Origin: Eledone cirrhosa
Taxonomy: Eukaryota
Assembly (NCBI GenBank): GCA_964016885.1
Contig: OZ024750.1
Coordinates: forward strand, 45,322,001 to 45,386,000
Length of the DNA stretch: 64,000 nt
Reading direction: 5' to 3'
Shown here: piece by piece, positions 1 through 13,905 of the stretch
Numbering within the stretch: position 1 is the stretch's first letter
How the letters are laid out: each line of letters opens with the position of its first letter
The notes under the pieces: generated by a model
Seen by the model: only the letters and a program-made list of their open reading frames with translations
The model's database searches: none
Told to the model about the DNA's origin: nothing
Made by a program: the position numbers and the translations under genes

Positions 1-304
1 TATATATGTATATATATATGTGTTTGTGTGTATATGTGTTTTATGTGTGTATATTTATGTAGGTATATGTATGTATGTGTTTGTGTATATGTATGTATGT
101 ATGTATGTGTGTATATATATATATATGTATATGTATGTATATATATATATATATATGTATATATATGTATGTGTGTATGTATGTGTAAGTATGTATGTAT
201 GTATGTATACGTGTGTATGTGTGTGTGTATGTTTTGTATATGTATGTGTATGTGTGTATGTATGTATGTGTGTGTATATGTGTGTATATATATGTGTATA
301 TGTA

Positions 305-347
<43 letters not shown>

Positions 348-528
348 TTATATATATGTGTGTATATGTATATATATATATATGTGTATGCATGTATATG
401 TATGTATGTGTGTATGTATGTATGTGTGTGTATATATATATATATATATGTGTATATATATGTGTATATATATGTATATATATATGTATATATATGTGTA
501 TGTGTGTATATGTATATATGTATATGTA

Positions 529-559
<31 letters not shown>

Positions 560-563
560 GTGC

Positions 564-597
<34 letters not shown>

Positions 598-614
598 GTA
601 TGTATATGTATGTG

Positions 615-663
<49 letters not shown>

Positions 664-744
664 ATATGTATATGTGTATACATGTATATTCATATATGTA
701 TATGATAGTGTGGGCAGGTGTGTGTATATATATATATATGTGTA

Positions 745-813
<69 letters not shown>

Positions 814-968
814 ATATATATATATATATACATATGTGTATATATATGTATATATATGTGTATGTGTGTGTATTTGTATGTATACAAGTATATGCGTGTA
901 TGTGTGTGTGTGTATATGTATGTATATGAACGTGAGTATATATATATATGTGTATATATATGTATATG

Positions 969-1007
<39 letters not shown>

Positions 1008-1084
1008 ATATATGTATATATATATATATATATGTGTATGTGTATGTGTATGTGTATGTGTGTGTATATGTGTATATATGTGTA

Positions 1085-1115
<31 letters not shown>

Positions 1116-1119
1116 ACAC

Positions 1120-1155
<36 letters not shown>

Positions 1156-1367
1156 ATGTATTGTATATGTGTGTGTGTGCGTATGTGTGTATATGGGTGT
1201 GTGTGTATATATATATGTGTATATGTATGTGTTTGTGTGTATGTATATGTATATATATATATATATGTGTGTATGTGTGTGTATTTGTGAGTGTATATGT
1301 ACATATATATGTGTGTATGTGTATGTATGTATGTATATGTATGTATATGTATATGTATGTGCATATG

Positions 1368-1426
<59 letters not shown>

Positions 1427-1612
1427 ATGTGTATGTATGTATGTATATGTATGTGTGTGTGTATATATATATATATATATTTATATATGTGTGCATGAGA
1501 GAGAGAGTGTGTGTGTATATATATTTTGTGTGTGGGTGTGTGTATGTGTGTATGCGCGCGTGTGTGTATATATATATATATATATATGTGTATGTGTGTA
1601 TGTCTGTGTGTG

Positions 1613-1678
<66 letters not shown>

Positions 1679-1829
1679 ATGTATATATGTGTGTGTATAT
1701 GTGCGTTATATGTCTGTATATATATGTGTATATTTATGTATAGGTCTGTGTATGTATGTGTATGTTTGTGTATGTATGGATATATATATATATATATATA
1801 TATATGTATTTGTATGTGTGTGTATAGAG

Positions 1830-1909
<80 letters not shown>

Positions 1910-1920
1910 GTGTATATATA

Positions 1921-1989
<69 letters not shown>

Positions 1990-2158
1990 ATGTGTGTGTG
2001 TATAGATATTTACGAGTATACATATGTATGTATACTCGTGTTTGTATGTATGCGTGTGAGTGTATTTATTTGTGTATATATGTGTGTGTATGTGTATGTA
2101 TGTGTATGTGTGTGTGTATCTGTGTGTGTGTATGTATATATATATATATATATATATT

Positions 2159-2203
<45 letters not shown>

Positions 2204-2308
2204 GTGTGTGTGTGTGTATGTGTGTGTATATATATATATATATGTATGTATATATATATGTATATATGTTTGTATATATATATATATGTATATATATGTA
2301 TATATATG

Positions 2309-2344
<36 letters not shown>

Positions 2345-2605
2345 CGTATGTATATGTGTATAGGTATATTATATATGTATGTATGTATGTATGTGTGTAT
2401 GTATGTGTGTGTACATGAATGTATATTTATATATATTTATATATTCTTTATATATGTGTGTGTGTTTTTATGTGTGTATATGTGTTTGTGTGTGTGTTTA
2501 TGGTTGCGCGTAAGTGTGTGAGTGAGTATGTGTGTTTTTTTGTTTTTTATGTGTGTTTTTTTGTTTGTCTGTTTTTTTGTTTTTTTGTTTTTTTGTTTTT
2601 TTGTG
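1..2605. repeat. Compound (TA)n/(TG)n/(TATG)n microsatellite tract
   Basis: Almost pure TA/TG dinucleotide mosaic; overlapping ORFs are Y/I/V/C/M low-complexity artefacts. Confidence 0.97.
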
Positions 2606-3062
2606 AATGTCTCTGTTGATTTTGGCATATTGTTGATTAGTTTAAGAGAAGTTCGAAGATAATAGTAAGATATGCACTCAGTATTTTGAATCTGTCTGCA
2701 GAATTCCCTAGACCTTTGTCACTTAGTAGAACCTTAATGACTTTAGCTTTTAAAGAATCTCCCTTTTCTTTAATTCTATCGAGCATGACTGACCCCCCAC
2801 TGATTTTATAGACATCTGTTAGCTTAAGAGAAACTTATTGACAAGGAATGGTATGCCATCCGGAACCTGTTTATAGAATTCTGTCTGCCTTTGTTACTCT
2901 AAAAACATAAATAAATATAAATAAAAATTAACTATAGCTTTGTAGAATTAGCTTTTAATGAATTCCCTTTTCTATCAACCAATGACCTGCACCCATCCCA
3001 CTCCCCACCCTCTCCTACCACTTGTAGAGACCTATAAATACCATATTTATTTTTTGATACCC

Positions 3063-3113
3063 AGATTCCTGATGATTTCTAATGAATGAAACAGTTCTAG
3101 TCCTGTAGAATCT
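3063..3113 (+). ncRNA. Minimal type I hammerhead ribozyme motif, probably in a PLE 3' remnant (about 2620-3130)
   Basis: AGATTC-CTGATGA-t TTC taat GAA t-GAAA-CAG ttctagtc CTG-TA-GAATCT: stems I, II and III pair, GUA cleavage triplet; U.U at the base of stem II. Confidence 0.7.
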
Positions 3114-3125
3114 CATCTATATTAA

Positions 3126-3170
<45 letters not shown>

Positions 3171-3363
3171 TATATATTGAGTGAGTGTGTGTATGTATAT
3201 ATATAAACAAATGGAAGTTTAGTAAAATCGAAACTTTGTCTGTGGAAAAGCTAAAGATATACTATTAGGAATGTGTAGCAAAGCACTCGATAAGGTTGTG
3301 TCACCCTAGAGTAATAACATACGTTAGATAGCTTCACAAATTGAAAACTGTGACCGGTGACCG

Positions 3364-3550
3364 AGCCACATGAAACCAAAGGAACGGAAAACCAATCAGG
3401 TATTGACAAACAAACCTGTACCATCTCGATCGATATTAAGCAATAGTCCGATAGGTTTCTATGAAATCAAAATCAACAATCCTACTTGCGCATTATGCAA
3501 GTTTGTGGGATTCGATGACCGAACTGTGGTCTCACGTTATCAGGTTTCCG
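3364..3550 (-). repeat. Unclassified interspersed repeat, copy 1 (homologous to about 35920-36096)
   Basis: Colinear shared blocks GGAAACCT, GATAACGTGAG, GCATAwTGCGCAAGTwGGATTGTTGAT, TTTCAyAGAAACC, CAGGTTTGTT, ACCTGATT, TGTGGCT. Confidence 0.7.
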
Positions 3551-3780
3551 TTCTGTGTCCCGAAACGGTGGGAAGCGTCCAGTAAACCATTGCGATCAAG
3601 TGCTCTCTCCCCAAAGGGAGGTAATCCTCGCTTTTTGCCTGACAAACCCCCTTCACCACTAATTGATTTGACAGACGCCTTTAATCCCTTGATACCAAAT
3701 ATTATTTGGTCCGTAGTTCATGTGAAAGTATCTCTCTATCTCTCTCTCTCTCTCTCTCTATCTATCTCTATCTCTCTCTT

Positions 3781-3891
<111 letters not shown>

Positions 3892-4136
3892 TTGTGAGTA
3901 TGTCTATATATGTATGTTTGCATGAATGAATACACTAAGATTTAGATGTAGTAGAATGTACAACCACTGATTCCAGCTATTTGCACTATCGTATATTTTG
4001 GTTTCTAGTAATTCATTGGGGTATTGGTTGCCCAAATCCTTTGCTTAATTGTTTTATTTATTTAAAAAAATTATTTTACTCGTTCTCTTAGATTTCATGT
4101 ATTTTTGAAAGCAAAACGTTAACCCCTGAAATACTA

Positions 4137-4240
4137 CAGTGGACCATGCAACGCTACTGTGGGCTCTTGGAATGCTATCGTGGGCCCCCTAGGTCCCACT
4201 TGCCATTGGGCAAACTGGCACCCTGGCCAGTTTGCCACTG
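4137..4240. mobile_element. Short MITE-like element with CAGTGG/CCACTG ends and TA flanks
   Basis: TA-CAGTGG...CCACTG-TA; internal hairpin GGCAAACTGGC/GCCAGTTTGCC. Confidence 0.45.
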
Positions 4241-4360
<120 letters not shown>

Positions 4361-4869
4361 TATATATATTTAAGACGTAAAATAAGAAAATTAAAAAAAA
4401 TCTTTTTAAAATTAACTTACTAAGTTAATTTTTTAAAATTTTCTTATTTTACGTCTTTTATATTATTGTTCTGCATCCTCCTGCATTGAACCACCTAGGT
4501 ACTATGACATAACCTGTGTATTTGCTAGCATTAGCGTACATCTGTACGCATATGTTAGTAGATATACTAAATTCTCTCTCTCTATATATATTTATATATA
4601 TTTATATATATTGTTGAAATAAACGAAAAATAAATGTACAAATAAATAAATAATTATATAAACGTATATAAGTAAATAAAAACGTATATAACAAGCGCAC
4701 ACACATACCTACATATAAATCCACGAATGTTCGAAGACGTAAGTCAACTAAAACAGGAAGTACACATATACACACACCCACCATACGTACGAACCTGCAT
4801 ACTCACGCAGACGCAGAACTCCCGTATACACATAGCCAAACCCTAAAAACCAGAATATATAAAATTATA

Positions 4870-4926
4870 CGCTATAACAATCAGATATACGTACGAGAAG
4901 GTATACATACCTTCACAAAACATACG
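4870..4926 (-). promoter_or_regulatory. Candidate SECIS-like hairpin
   Basis: G-TGAA-ggtatgtatac-cttctc-gtacgtatatc-TGAT: UGAN/NGAN quartet and an 11-bp helix with one mismatch; apical CC rather than AA; a competing hairpin is possible. Confidence 0.35.
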
Positions 4927-5034
4927 GGTAATATATACTTACCTATGCAAATAAGTAAAGGAAAAACAAAACATTTACTTAGCTCCCACATCAAGACGTA
5001 AAATATCCACGTATAGATCATACTATCCGTTAGG

Positions 5035-5653
<619 letters not shown>

Positions 5654-5654
5654 A

Positions 5655-5695
<41 letters not shown>

Positions 5696-5697
<2 letters not shown>

Positions 5698-6816
5698 CGG
5701 CGATGAATTAGTTTTGCCAGGTTTTTTATATGAAATCGTGTGTCGAAACAGATATTGTTATATTTGGGGAGGGTCATATTTGCGTAATATTGCCAGAATT
5801 AATAACAGAGCACACTCACTGTTTGGTTGGTTTTCGCTTCTCGCTGTCTTTTATATATATATATCTGCGATCTAACTTACTCGGTCCTCAATGTTGCCAT
5901 TGACTGACCGGCGGTCAAAAATAATACAGATACAATATAGACAAACACATATATATATAGTTTACATAATTTACATAAATCTTTCGTTGCACATCTGCAA
6001 CATCGTCAGTGGTGTTATATTCATTGTTCCTCCTGTTGTGTTGTATGTCTACGCCATTTTTTTTGTTTTTGTGTTCAGTCTGTCTATATATTTATTTATT
6101 TATTTGCTTGTTTGTTTATCTTATTTTATTTTGTCTTCTTTGCGCATGCGTTTGCGTGTGTGTATAGTGTTATGTGTGATGTGTGACTAGTGTGTATAGT
6201 GTTGTGTCTGCTGGGTGACTAGTGTGTGTTTATGTGCTTGTGTATGTATTTATTTATCTTATTTTATTTAATTTAATTTACTTATTTATTTATACTTCTC
6301 TTAGGTCAGTGTTGTTTGTTTGGGTGTTGTTGTTGTTCCACTCATTCTTTCTGTTTAGCTTTGGTCTTCTAATTTCTATTTCACTGGCCTCTCTGATTTG
6401 CCTATCTGCTGGGTCATTCCTATGTTTAGATATTATTCTAATTTCTATGTTGTCTATGTTACCGTCATGTTGTTGTCTAGCATGTTCGTATAGTACTGAC
6501 CCGTTTTTTCGTCCTTTTAGTTCCCCCCAGTGTTGGTCTATCCTTTCACCTATGCTACGAGCTGTCTCACCTATGTATGTTGTTGTCGTGTTTCTGCAAG
6601 TACCCTCTGTACATCTTATGCTATAGACTACGTTTCTAGTTTTACAGTTTATCCGGGGGTTCACCTTACATATGATACATTTCCTATTGGTACAGTGGGT
6701 TTTCTTAAAAGGGTAGGTTTTGCTGATCAGGGATTTTATGGTGGTTCCTGGCTTTTCTACCACCTTTATTTTTAAGTGGGTCTTTCTCAGGGCCTTTCTA
6801 CACTGGTTAGCTAATT
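5696..6816 (-). repeat. 1121-bp inverted duplicate of the PLE 3' end (endonuclease plus 3' UTR)
   Basis: ORF 6290-6763(-) matches the C-terminus of 7912-9933(+) except NPR vs NPW. Confidence 0.95.
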
Positions 6817-9800
6817 ACGCAGATAACATCGACAACATCCGTATGAGTGATGTAAAACTACCGGAAGAATTTACCAATGACCACACAGTAAATATCTATG
6901 GGAACACTTTAATCAGTGAACAAGAACAACAAATCCTAAAGTTACCACCAAAATTTGCCATCTACAAAAAGATTAACCCTATGGAATGCAAAACGGAGCT
7001 GGAAAAGTGTTTCACAAAAATACGTTGGAATGCAAAGGTAAACAACAACAACAATAATAACGGTAGTAGTAATATAAACAATAACTCTGGGTATAGAAAT
7101 AACAGCCATAACTATAACAATGGCAGGAAAGTGAGAAATAGTGATAATAGTAATAATACTAGCGATAGACAGAACAACAACAACCACAATAATAATAATA
7201 ATAGAAACGTTAACCACAGACACAGCAACAGTGACCACAGTAGTAATAACGGTAACAATACGAACAACAACAACAACAATAACCACAGTGGTAATAATGG
7301 AAATAGTACATGTAGCAACATCAACAAAAACAAGAAACATAATAATAGTAACAACCACAATGGTAGAAATAGCAGTAACAACAACAACAATAACGGTGAA
7401 GTAAACAACAATACATCTAGCAATCATAACAATAATAATATTAATGCTAATGATAGAAACAACAACAACCACCATGATAACAATAATAGCAACACACACA
7501 ACTATGACGATAGAAATAACGACAACCCCTTAGAGAAACTATTTTTCAACCCAGCTGACAAAACGTATAAGATGGGTAATATCTATCCTACGAGGTTACC
7601 CTTTAATAAAAGAGTTTGCATACCACAGCAAATAGATGACGAGACGGAGGCACAGTTCACCATAGCTAGAAATAAGATTAGACAAGTAGTAGACAGGTAC
7701 ACTATGAGACAGAGCAGACCAGAGGCCCAACAACTTGGGATAAAACCTGTAGAAGGCTTGGTTAGCCTCAAGCAGCGCACAAGGGATGGTGAGGTAGTGT
7801 GTCTACCCACAGATAAGTCTGGTAGGATGTCAATAGATAGCATGCCGAACTACATCGAGGCAATGCAACCCCACATCACCAACACGAGCGAAGTTGCACA
7901 ACTAACACACGATGGGAGAGGAAAAAATCCTCAACGCTCACATGATGATGTGGACTGACATCCTAAAGCCAAGCAGACGCACTGCCAACAACTTCCAGGC
8001 GTCTAACAATGGCATACCACCCTTGTATGGGCTCCGCAAAGACCACAAGACAGTCGACGACCCGACAACAGGACCACCAACAAGACCCGTATGCGGAGCT
8101 AATATAGCTAGCAACTACAGGATCTCCTACTTCCTCTCAGTGGTTATACGCCCCATAATCAAGATGTCCCCAGATGTATGTGAAAGTACAGAGGACCTCC
8201 TCAGCAGAATCAGTGAGTGCAACAAAAACAGGAGCCTATCCAACTGCATAATAGGCAGCATGGATGTGGTGTCACTGTACCCATCCATTAACATTGATTT
8301 TGCTGTGAAAAGATGTGTGGAGATGATCATTGAGAGTGAGGTGGAGTTCTGCGACGTCGACACAGACGAACTGGGCCTCCTACTTAGACTTACCTACGAC
8401 ACTGACTACCTAGACAGCCATGACCTTAGATGTTTCTGCCCTAGTAGACCTATAAGAGGTAGACCCCCCACCATAACCTCAATGGCTAAAAAGACTCCCA
8501 TAGGAAGGTGGATTGGGTGGACCAAAGCTATACGGACCCCCCAAAACACTGATCAGGTAAGAAAAATGGTCGCACATGCAATAGGGGCTAGTATCAAAAC
8601 TACCCTAAAGGGCCACATATTTAAGTTCAATGAGAAAATCTACACCCAAAATGAGGGAGCAGCCATCGGCGTCAGCATAGCTGGTGATGTTGCCAACCTT
8701 TTCATGGTATGGTGGGAAAGGAGACTTAAAGATCTCCTTAATGAAAGCTCCATAGACCTCATCATGTACTCTCGTTATGTAGACGATATCAATATAGTTA
8801 TAAGAACACCCCCACTAGAGAGCACTAACAAGTTTGATTTAGAACGTAGCACGATGGAAAGCATCCAGCAGATAGCTAATTCCATACACCAGAGTATAAC
8901 TGTAACTATAGACTTCCCTTCCAAACACCCTAACAATAGACTACCTGTATTAGACACAGAACTCTGGATTAACACTATAGACGAGAGAGCCCAAATTCTC
9001 CACTCACACTATGCTAAACCCATGGCCTCCAAATACCTGATACTCAAAAACTCAGCAATGTCCAGTAGTGCTAAGTTTAATATTCTGATCGCAGATTTGG
9101 TACGAGTGATGAAGAATGTGTCCAGCATGTGCGACCCAACAGAAATGGAAGGACACATCCAACACTTCATCAACCGCATGCAGTTCTCTGGCTACAACCA
9201 AAGAGACAGAGTCAGAGTATACGAAGGAGCCATGGAAAAGTATAAGACCCTCATAGAACTGGACATGAAAGGAATTTGCCCACTATACAGGAGCAAATCA
9301 TGGAATAGCTTAGATAGGGCTAGACATAAGATAGGGAAGGCCACATCATGGTACGACAACCAGAGATATCAGAGTGTCATGTTTGTGGACGCCACCCCTG
9401 GAGGGAAATTAGCTAACCAGTGTAGAAAGGCCCTGAGAAAGACCCACTTAAAAATAAAGGTGGTAGAAAAGCCAGGAACCACCATAAAATCCCTGATCAG
9501 CAAAACCTACCCTTTTAAGAAAACCCACTGTACCAATAGGAAATGTATCATATGTAAGGTGAACCCCTGGATAAACTGTAAAACTAGAAACGTAGTCTAT
9601 AGCATAAGATGTACAGAGGGTACTTGCAGAAACACGACAACAACATACATAGGTGAGACAGCTCGTAGCATAGGTGAAAGGATAGACCAACACTGGGGGG
9701 AACTAAAAGGACGAAAAAACGGGTCAGTACTATACGAACATGCTAGACAACAACATGACGGTAACATAGACAACATAGAAATTAGAATAATATCTAAACA

Positions 9801-9933
9801 TAGGAATGACCCAGCAGATAGGCAAATCAGAGAGGCCAGTGAAATAGAAATTAGAAGACCAAAGCTAAACAGAAAGAATGAGTGGAACAACAACAACACC
9901 CAAACAAACAACACTGACCTAAGAGAAGTATAA
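6817..9933 (+). pseudogene. PLE polyprotein (Asn-rich N-terminal insert, RT, Cys-rich linker, GIY-YIG) with a frameshift near 7910-7920
   Basis: Motifs PTDKSG, LYGLRKDHK, RPVC, SMDVVSLYPSI, GAAIG, RYVDDI, CTNRKCIIC, VVYSIRC...YIGETAR; split over ORFs 6720-7958 and 7912-9933. Confidence 0.9.
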
Positions 9934-10223
9934 ATAAATAAGTAAATTAAATTAAATAAAATAAGATAAATAAATACATACACAAGCACATAAACACACA
10001 CTAGTCACCCAGCAGACACAACACTATACACACTAGTCACACATCACACATAACACTATACACACACGCAAACGCATGCGCAAAGAAGACAAAATAAAAT
10101 AAGATAAACAAACAAGCAAATAAATAAATAAATATATAGACAGACTGAACACAAAAACAAAAAAAATGGCGTAGACATACAACACAACAGGTGGAACAAT
10201 GAATATAACACCACTGACGATGT

Positions 10224-10252
10224 TGCAGATGTGCAACGAAAGATTTATGTAA
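10224..10252 (+). ncRNA. Partial hammerhead core in the PLE 3' UTR (mirror copy at about 5971-6009, minus strand)
   Basis: CTGACGA-t-GTTGCA gatg TGCAAC-GAAA; stems I and III could not be completed convincingly. Confidence 0.4.
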
Positions 10253-10525
10253 ATTATGTAAACTATATATATATGTGTTTGTCTATATTGTATCTGTATT
10301 ATTTTTGACCGCCGGTCAGTCAATGGCAACATTGAGGACCGAGTAAGTTAGATCGCAGATATATATATATAAAAGACAGCGAGAAGCGAAAACCAACCAA
10401 ACAGTGAGTGTGTTCTGTTATTAATTCTGGCAATATTACGCAAATATGACCCTCCCCAAATATAACAATATCTGTTTCGACACACGATTTCATATAAAAA
10501 ACCTGGCAAAACTAATTCATCGCCG

Positions 10526-10574
<49 letters not shown>

Positions 10575-10575
10575 T

Positions 10576-10796
<221 letters not shown>

Positions 10797-11062
10797 ACCG
10801 GACACGCTGATAGCGCTGCGGAGGAAACAGCAACTTATTTTTTCCTTACAAACCTTTCTTCCCCTAACCTTAATGCGCCACCCATCTTCCTTTAATCCGC
10901 TCTTTCCTATCCTCTCTATCACACAAGAAACTACGTACTTTATCATATGATACATATTCGTTATTACATATACACATGTATACATATTTCAGTTAGATAC
11001 TTTCCAGCTACACATTATAAACTTCAACATACATACACACGTTATAATTCATCATACATACA

Positions 11063-11093
<31 letters not shown>

Positions 11094-11457
11094 GTATACA
11101 TACATATGTATACATGTGTGTATCTGTGCAGAAATTAAGGAGGCGGTGAGGGGCTTCTGACTATTAATTCTTTTAACGATTACCTGAGAGAATTACACTC
11201 GATTTGCCTATATAAATGTAATGGTGTATACAAATTTAATTGAATCTGTTGCAGCCAATCTTTAACACTTACTACTGCCATCTACCCAAAAGCTAAGAAC
11301 GCTGAACTGTTTTGCTTACTCTTCAGTGATAATTCCTTATATTTATTTACTTTTCTCTATTCATGCTTTAAAAGATAAATGCTGGCATTTTATAAGATGC
11401 TACTATTATATATTAATATATAAGTACAGAACAATTGTCTGTAAATAATGGTCATTA

Positions 11458-11637
11458 TGGCAGTACCAGTAGAGGGTCGGACGCCATGCTTTGACGCATA
11501 GAGTTACGGTCCTTGCCATTCTGAGTTCAAATCCCGCCGAGGTTAACTTTGCCTTTCATCCTTTCGGGGTCGATAAAATAAAGTACCAGTAATACACTGG
11601 GTTCATTGCTGGCCTTGTGCCAAAAGTAGAAACAATT
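11458..11637 (+). mobile_element. tRNA-derived SINE with Meta-like core
   Basis: A box TGGCAGTAccaG, B box GAGTTCAAATCCC, core GCCTTTCATCCTTTCGGGGTCGATAAAATAAAGTACCAG, tail GGCCTTGTGCCAAAAGTAGAAAC; many copies in window. Confidence 0.9.
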
Positions 11638-11799
11638 AATTATTAAACTACATAAGGGCGATGCATTGGCATTATCAGTACAGCGTCGCACAACATGCTA
11701 TATGGCAGTAACGGTAGAGAGTCGGACAAGATAGTTTATGGCATACGGTTATGCCTCTTTGCTATCTGACGTCAAATGATGACTTCAAATGAACAGTAT

Positions 11800-12722
11800 T
11801 TTCTCCGTTACAAAGAATCTGATGTAGACCAAGCTCTCACTCATTAGTGGCTGCAGAGATCTGGGCTAAAAGCTGAGTATATTCGCTTTATTTTGGCTGC
11901 ACAAGACCAGTTCCCAACGCAAAACTTTCAAACCAAGGTGATCAGAAATGTGACTAACCAAAAGTGTCGATTCTGTGATGAGTATGTTGAGACCATAGTC
12001 CACCTGGTTTCAGGTTTCAAGGTATTAGCTGTCCAGGAATATTAAATGAGGCATGATAGACTGACGCAATACTTTCTCTGGGTAATGTGCAGGTTTAATA
12101 GTGTGAAAACGGAGGGAAAATGGTATAATCATCACCCAGATACAGTAACAGGAGGCGAGAAATCAACAATCCTCTGGGATTTCCCCGTGAAAACTGACAG
12201 AACAATCAAGGCCAACAGACCTGATATAATTGTGAAGGACCATAAGGAGAAAACATGTTTCTTAATTGACATGAGCATTCCATCAGATCGTAACATCTAC
12301 TCAAATGCGTTCGGAAAGCTCAGTAAATATAAAGATCTATCAATTGAAATTGAGAAAAGGTGACATCTTAAGGCCTTTACAATATCAGTGATAGTTGGCG
12401 CACTTGGAATGATAATAAAGGGTACTGAAAAATATTTGGAGTGGATACCTGGAAAGCCATCGCTGCAAGAGATACAGAAAATAATTGTTTCTACTTTTGC
12501 AACAAGGCCAGCAATTTACCAGTGCATTACTGGTACTTTATTTTATCGACCCCGTAAGGATGAAAGGCAAAGTTAACCTCGGCAGGATTTGAACTCAGAT
12601 CAGAAAGGGGCGTAACTCTGTGCTACAAAGCATGTTGTCCGACCCTCTACCGATACTGCCAAACTACCGAAATAATGCTGACTGGTAGTGTCCATATCTT
12701 GAGAAGGGCATTATCAATTTAA
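11800..12722 (+). mobile_element. Decayed 3' fragment of a restriction-like-endonuclease LINE (R4/Dong-type), interrupted by a SINE
   Basis: CRFC..ET..HLVSG, RHD, ILWDF, RPDIIV, LIDMSIP, KYKDL, VGALG; frame resumes after the SINE as ..HILRRALSI*. Confidence 0.85.
12484..12669 (-). mobile_element. SINE (Meta-like core) inserted in LINE fragment
   Basis: Reverse complement of family consensus; AAATAAT duplicated at both ends. Confidence 0.88.
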
Positions 12723-12765
12723 AAACTTTGCAATGATATTTACTGTTTGTGTCCTTGTGGCAATA

Positions 12766-12853
12766 TGCCTTTCATCATTACGGGGTCGATAAAATAAAGT
12801 ACCAATAATACACTGGGATTATTGCTGGCCTTGTGCCTATTATAGAAATAATT
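12766..12853 (+). mobile_element. SINE 3' half
   Basis: Core and tail only. Confidence 0.8.
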
Positions 12854-12863
12854 ATTTATGAGA

Positions 12864-13047
12864 TAATTGTTTCTACTTTTGGCACAAGACCACCAACTAT
12901 CCTAGTGTATTACTGGTACTTTATTTTATCGACCCCGTAAGAATGAAAGGCAAAGTCAACCTCGGCGGGATTTGAACTCAATCCGCAAAGAGACGTAACT
13001 GTGCTGGAGAGCATGGTGTCGTACCCTCTACCGATACTGCCAATCCA
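12864..13047 (-). mobile_element. SINE (Meta-like core)
   Basis: Full family match. Confidence 0.88.
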
Positions 13048-13285
13048 ATGAGATAATGATTGTAAAATGTGTGTATTATCAAATTTTGCCTAAGGTGTCA
13101 GGTTGACAATTGATATGATTTGGACAGATGTAGAACTCAAATAAATTTTCAAATAATAATTATAATATTAATAATAATATTAATAGTAATCATCTTCATC
13201 ATCATCGACCTCACACTAACCATTATGATAGCTGCGTTAATAATTATGGTGTTGAAGATGATGATGAGTAAGATGATCATAGTAA

Positions 13286-13492
13286 TAGTTTCTACTATAA
13301 GCACAAGGCCATCAATTTGAAGGGGGAGGGGAAAGTCGATTAAATCGAATCCCGTACATTATTGGTACATTATTTTATCGACTCCCTAAGGGTGAAAGGC
13401 AAAGTTAACCACAGCGGGATTTGAACTTAGAACGAAAAAACCATAAATATATGCCGCAATGCATGTTGTCTAATGCTCTAGCGATACTTCAT
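13286..13492 (-). mobile_element. SINE, longer subfamily
   Basis: Family match with extra segment TCGATTTAATCGACTTTCCCCTCCCCC also seen at 34830-34860 and 57645-57680. Confidence 0.8.
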
Positions 13493-13905
13493 AATAATGG
13501 TGAATACGATGTTAATTCTAGTTTGTTCTTTTATATTAGCGATATTACAGCTAAGATGACGACAAAATGTCTATAACAAACACAGCTCAATAAGTACAAG
13601 TATAACATTTTAAAGAGAAAAACCTAATGCATTTTTCAATAAACATTGATATTTGTTTAAGGAAGCAGACATCGCAAAAGACTGCTGTGCAAAACAATAG
13701 AAACCTGTTGAATAAAATGGAAATTATTCACGAAATCTAGCGAAATATGACTTCTTCAATAACTCACAAACACTGAATAAGTACTAAAGACTACACACGA
13801 CTCTATATATACAGAATAATATTACATTACATCCACCTCACATAGCTACAAAACCATTATACAAAGTACTGCTTGACCTCCAGATCAGAGACTCTCTTAT
13901 ATAAT

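Larger units (their letters stand above)
5696..10527 (+). mobile_element. Penelope-like retroelement (Neptune-like), 5'-truncated, with inverted copy of its 3' end
   Basis: RT plus C-terminal GIY-YIG; 5696-6816 is the reverse complement of 9407-10527; flanked by (TA)n. Confidence 0.93.

Noticed and set aside
20-2628. Long ORFs (up to 492 aa) rich in Y/I/V/C/M or H/T
   Set aside because: Translations of TA/TG microsatellite, which lacks stop codons; the same applies to similar ORFs throughout the window
4990-5025. Alternative SECIS candidate ATGAT..TGAT just after the Naiad stop (minus strand)
   Set aside because: Helix is asymmetric and poorly paired next to the quartet, with no apical AA
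6720-6816. Apparent N-terminus of the 412-aa ORF
   Set aside because: It is antisense sequence of the inverted duplication; real PLE coding starts after the junction
10800-10845. CTGATAG...GAAAC as a hammerhead
   Set aside because: Core is not CTGANGA and stems do not pair
11458-11540. tRNA gene
   Set aside because: A and B boxes belong to SINE heads; no complete cloverleaf
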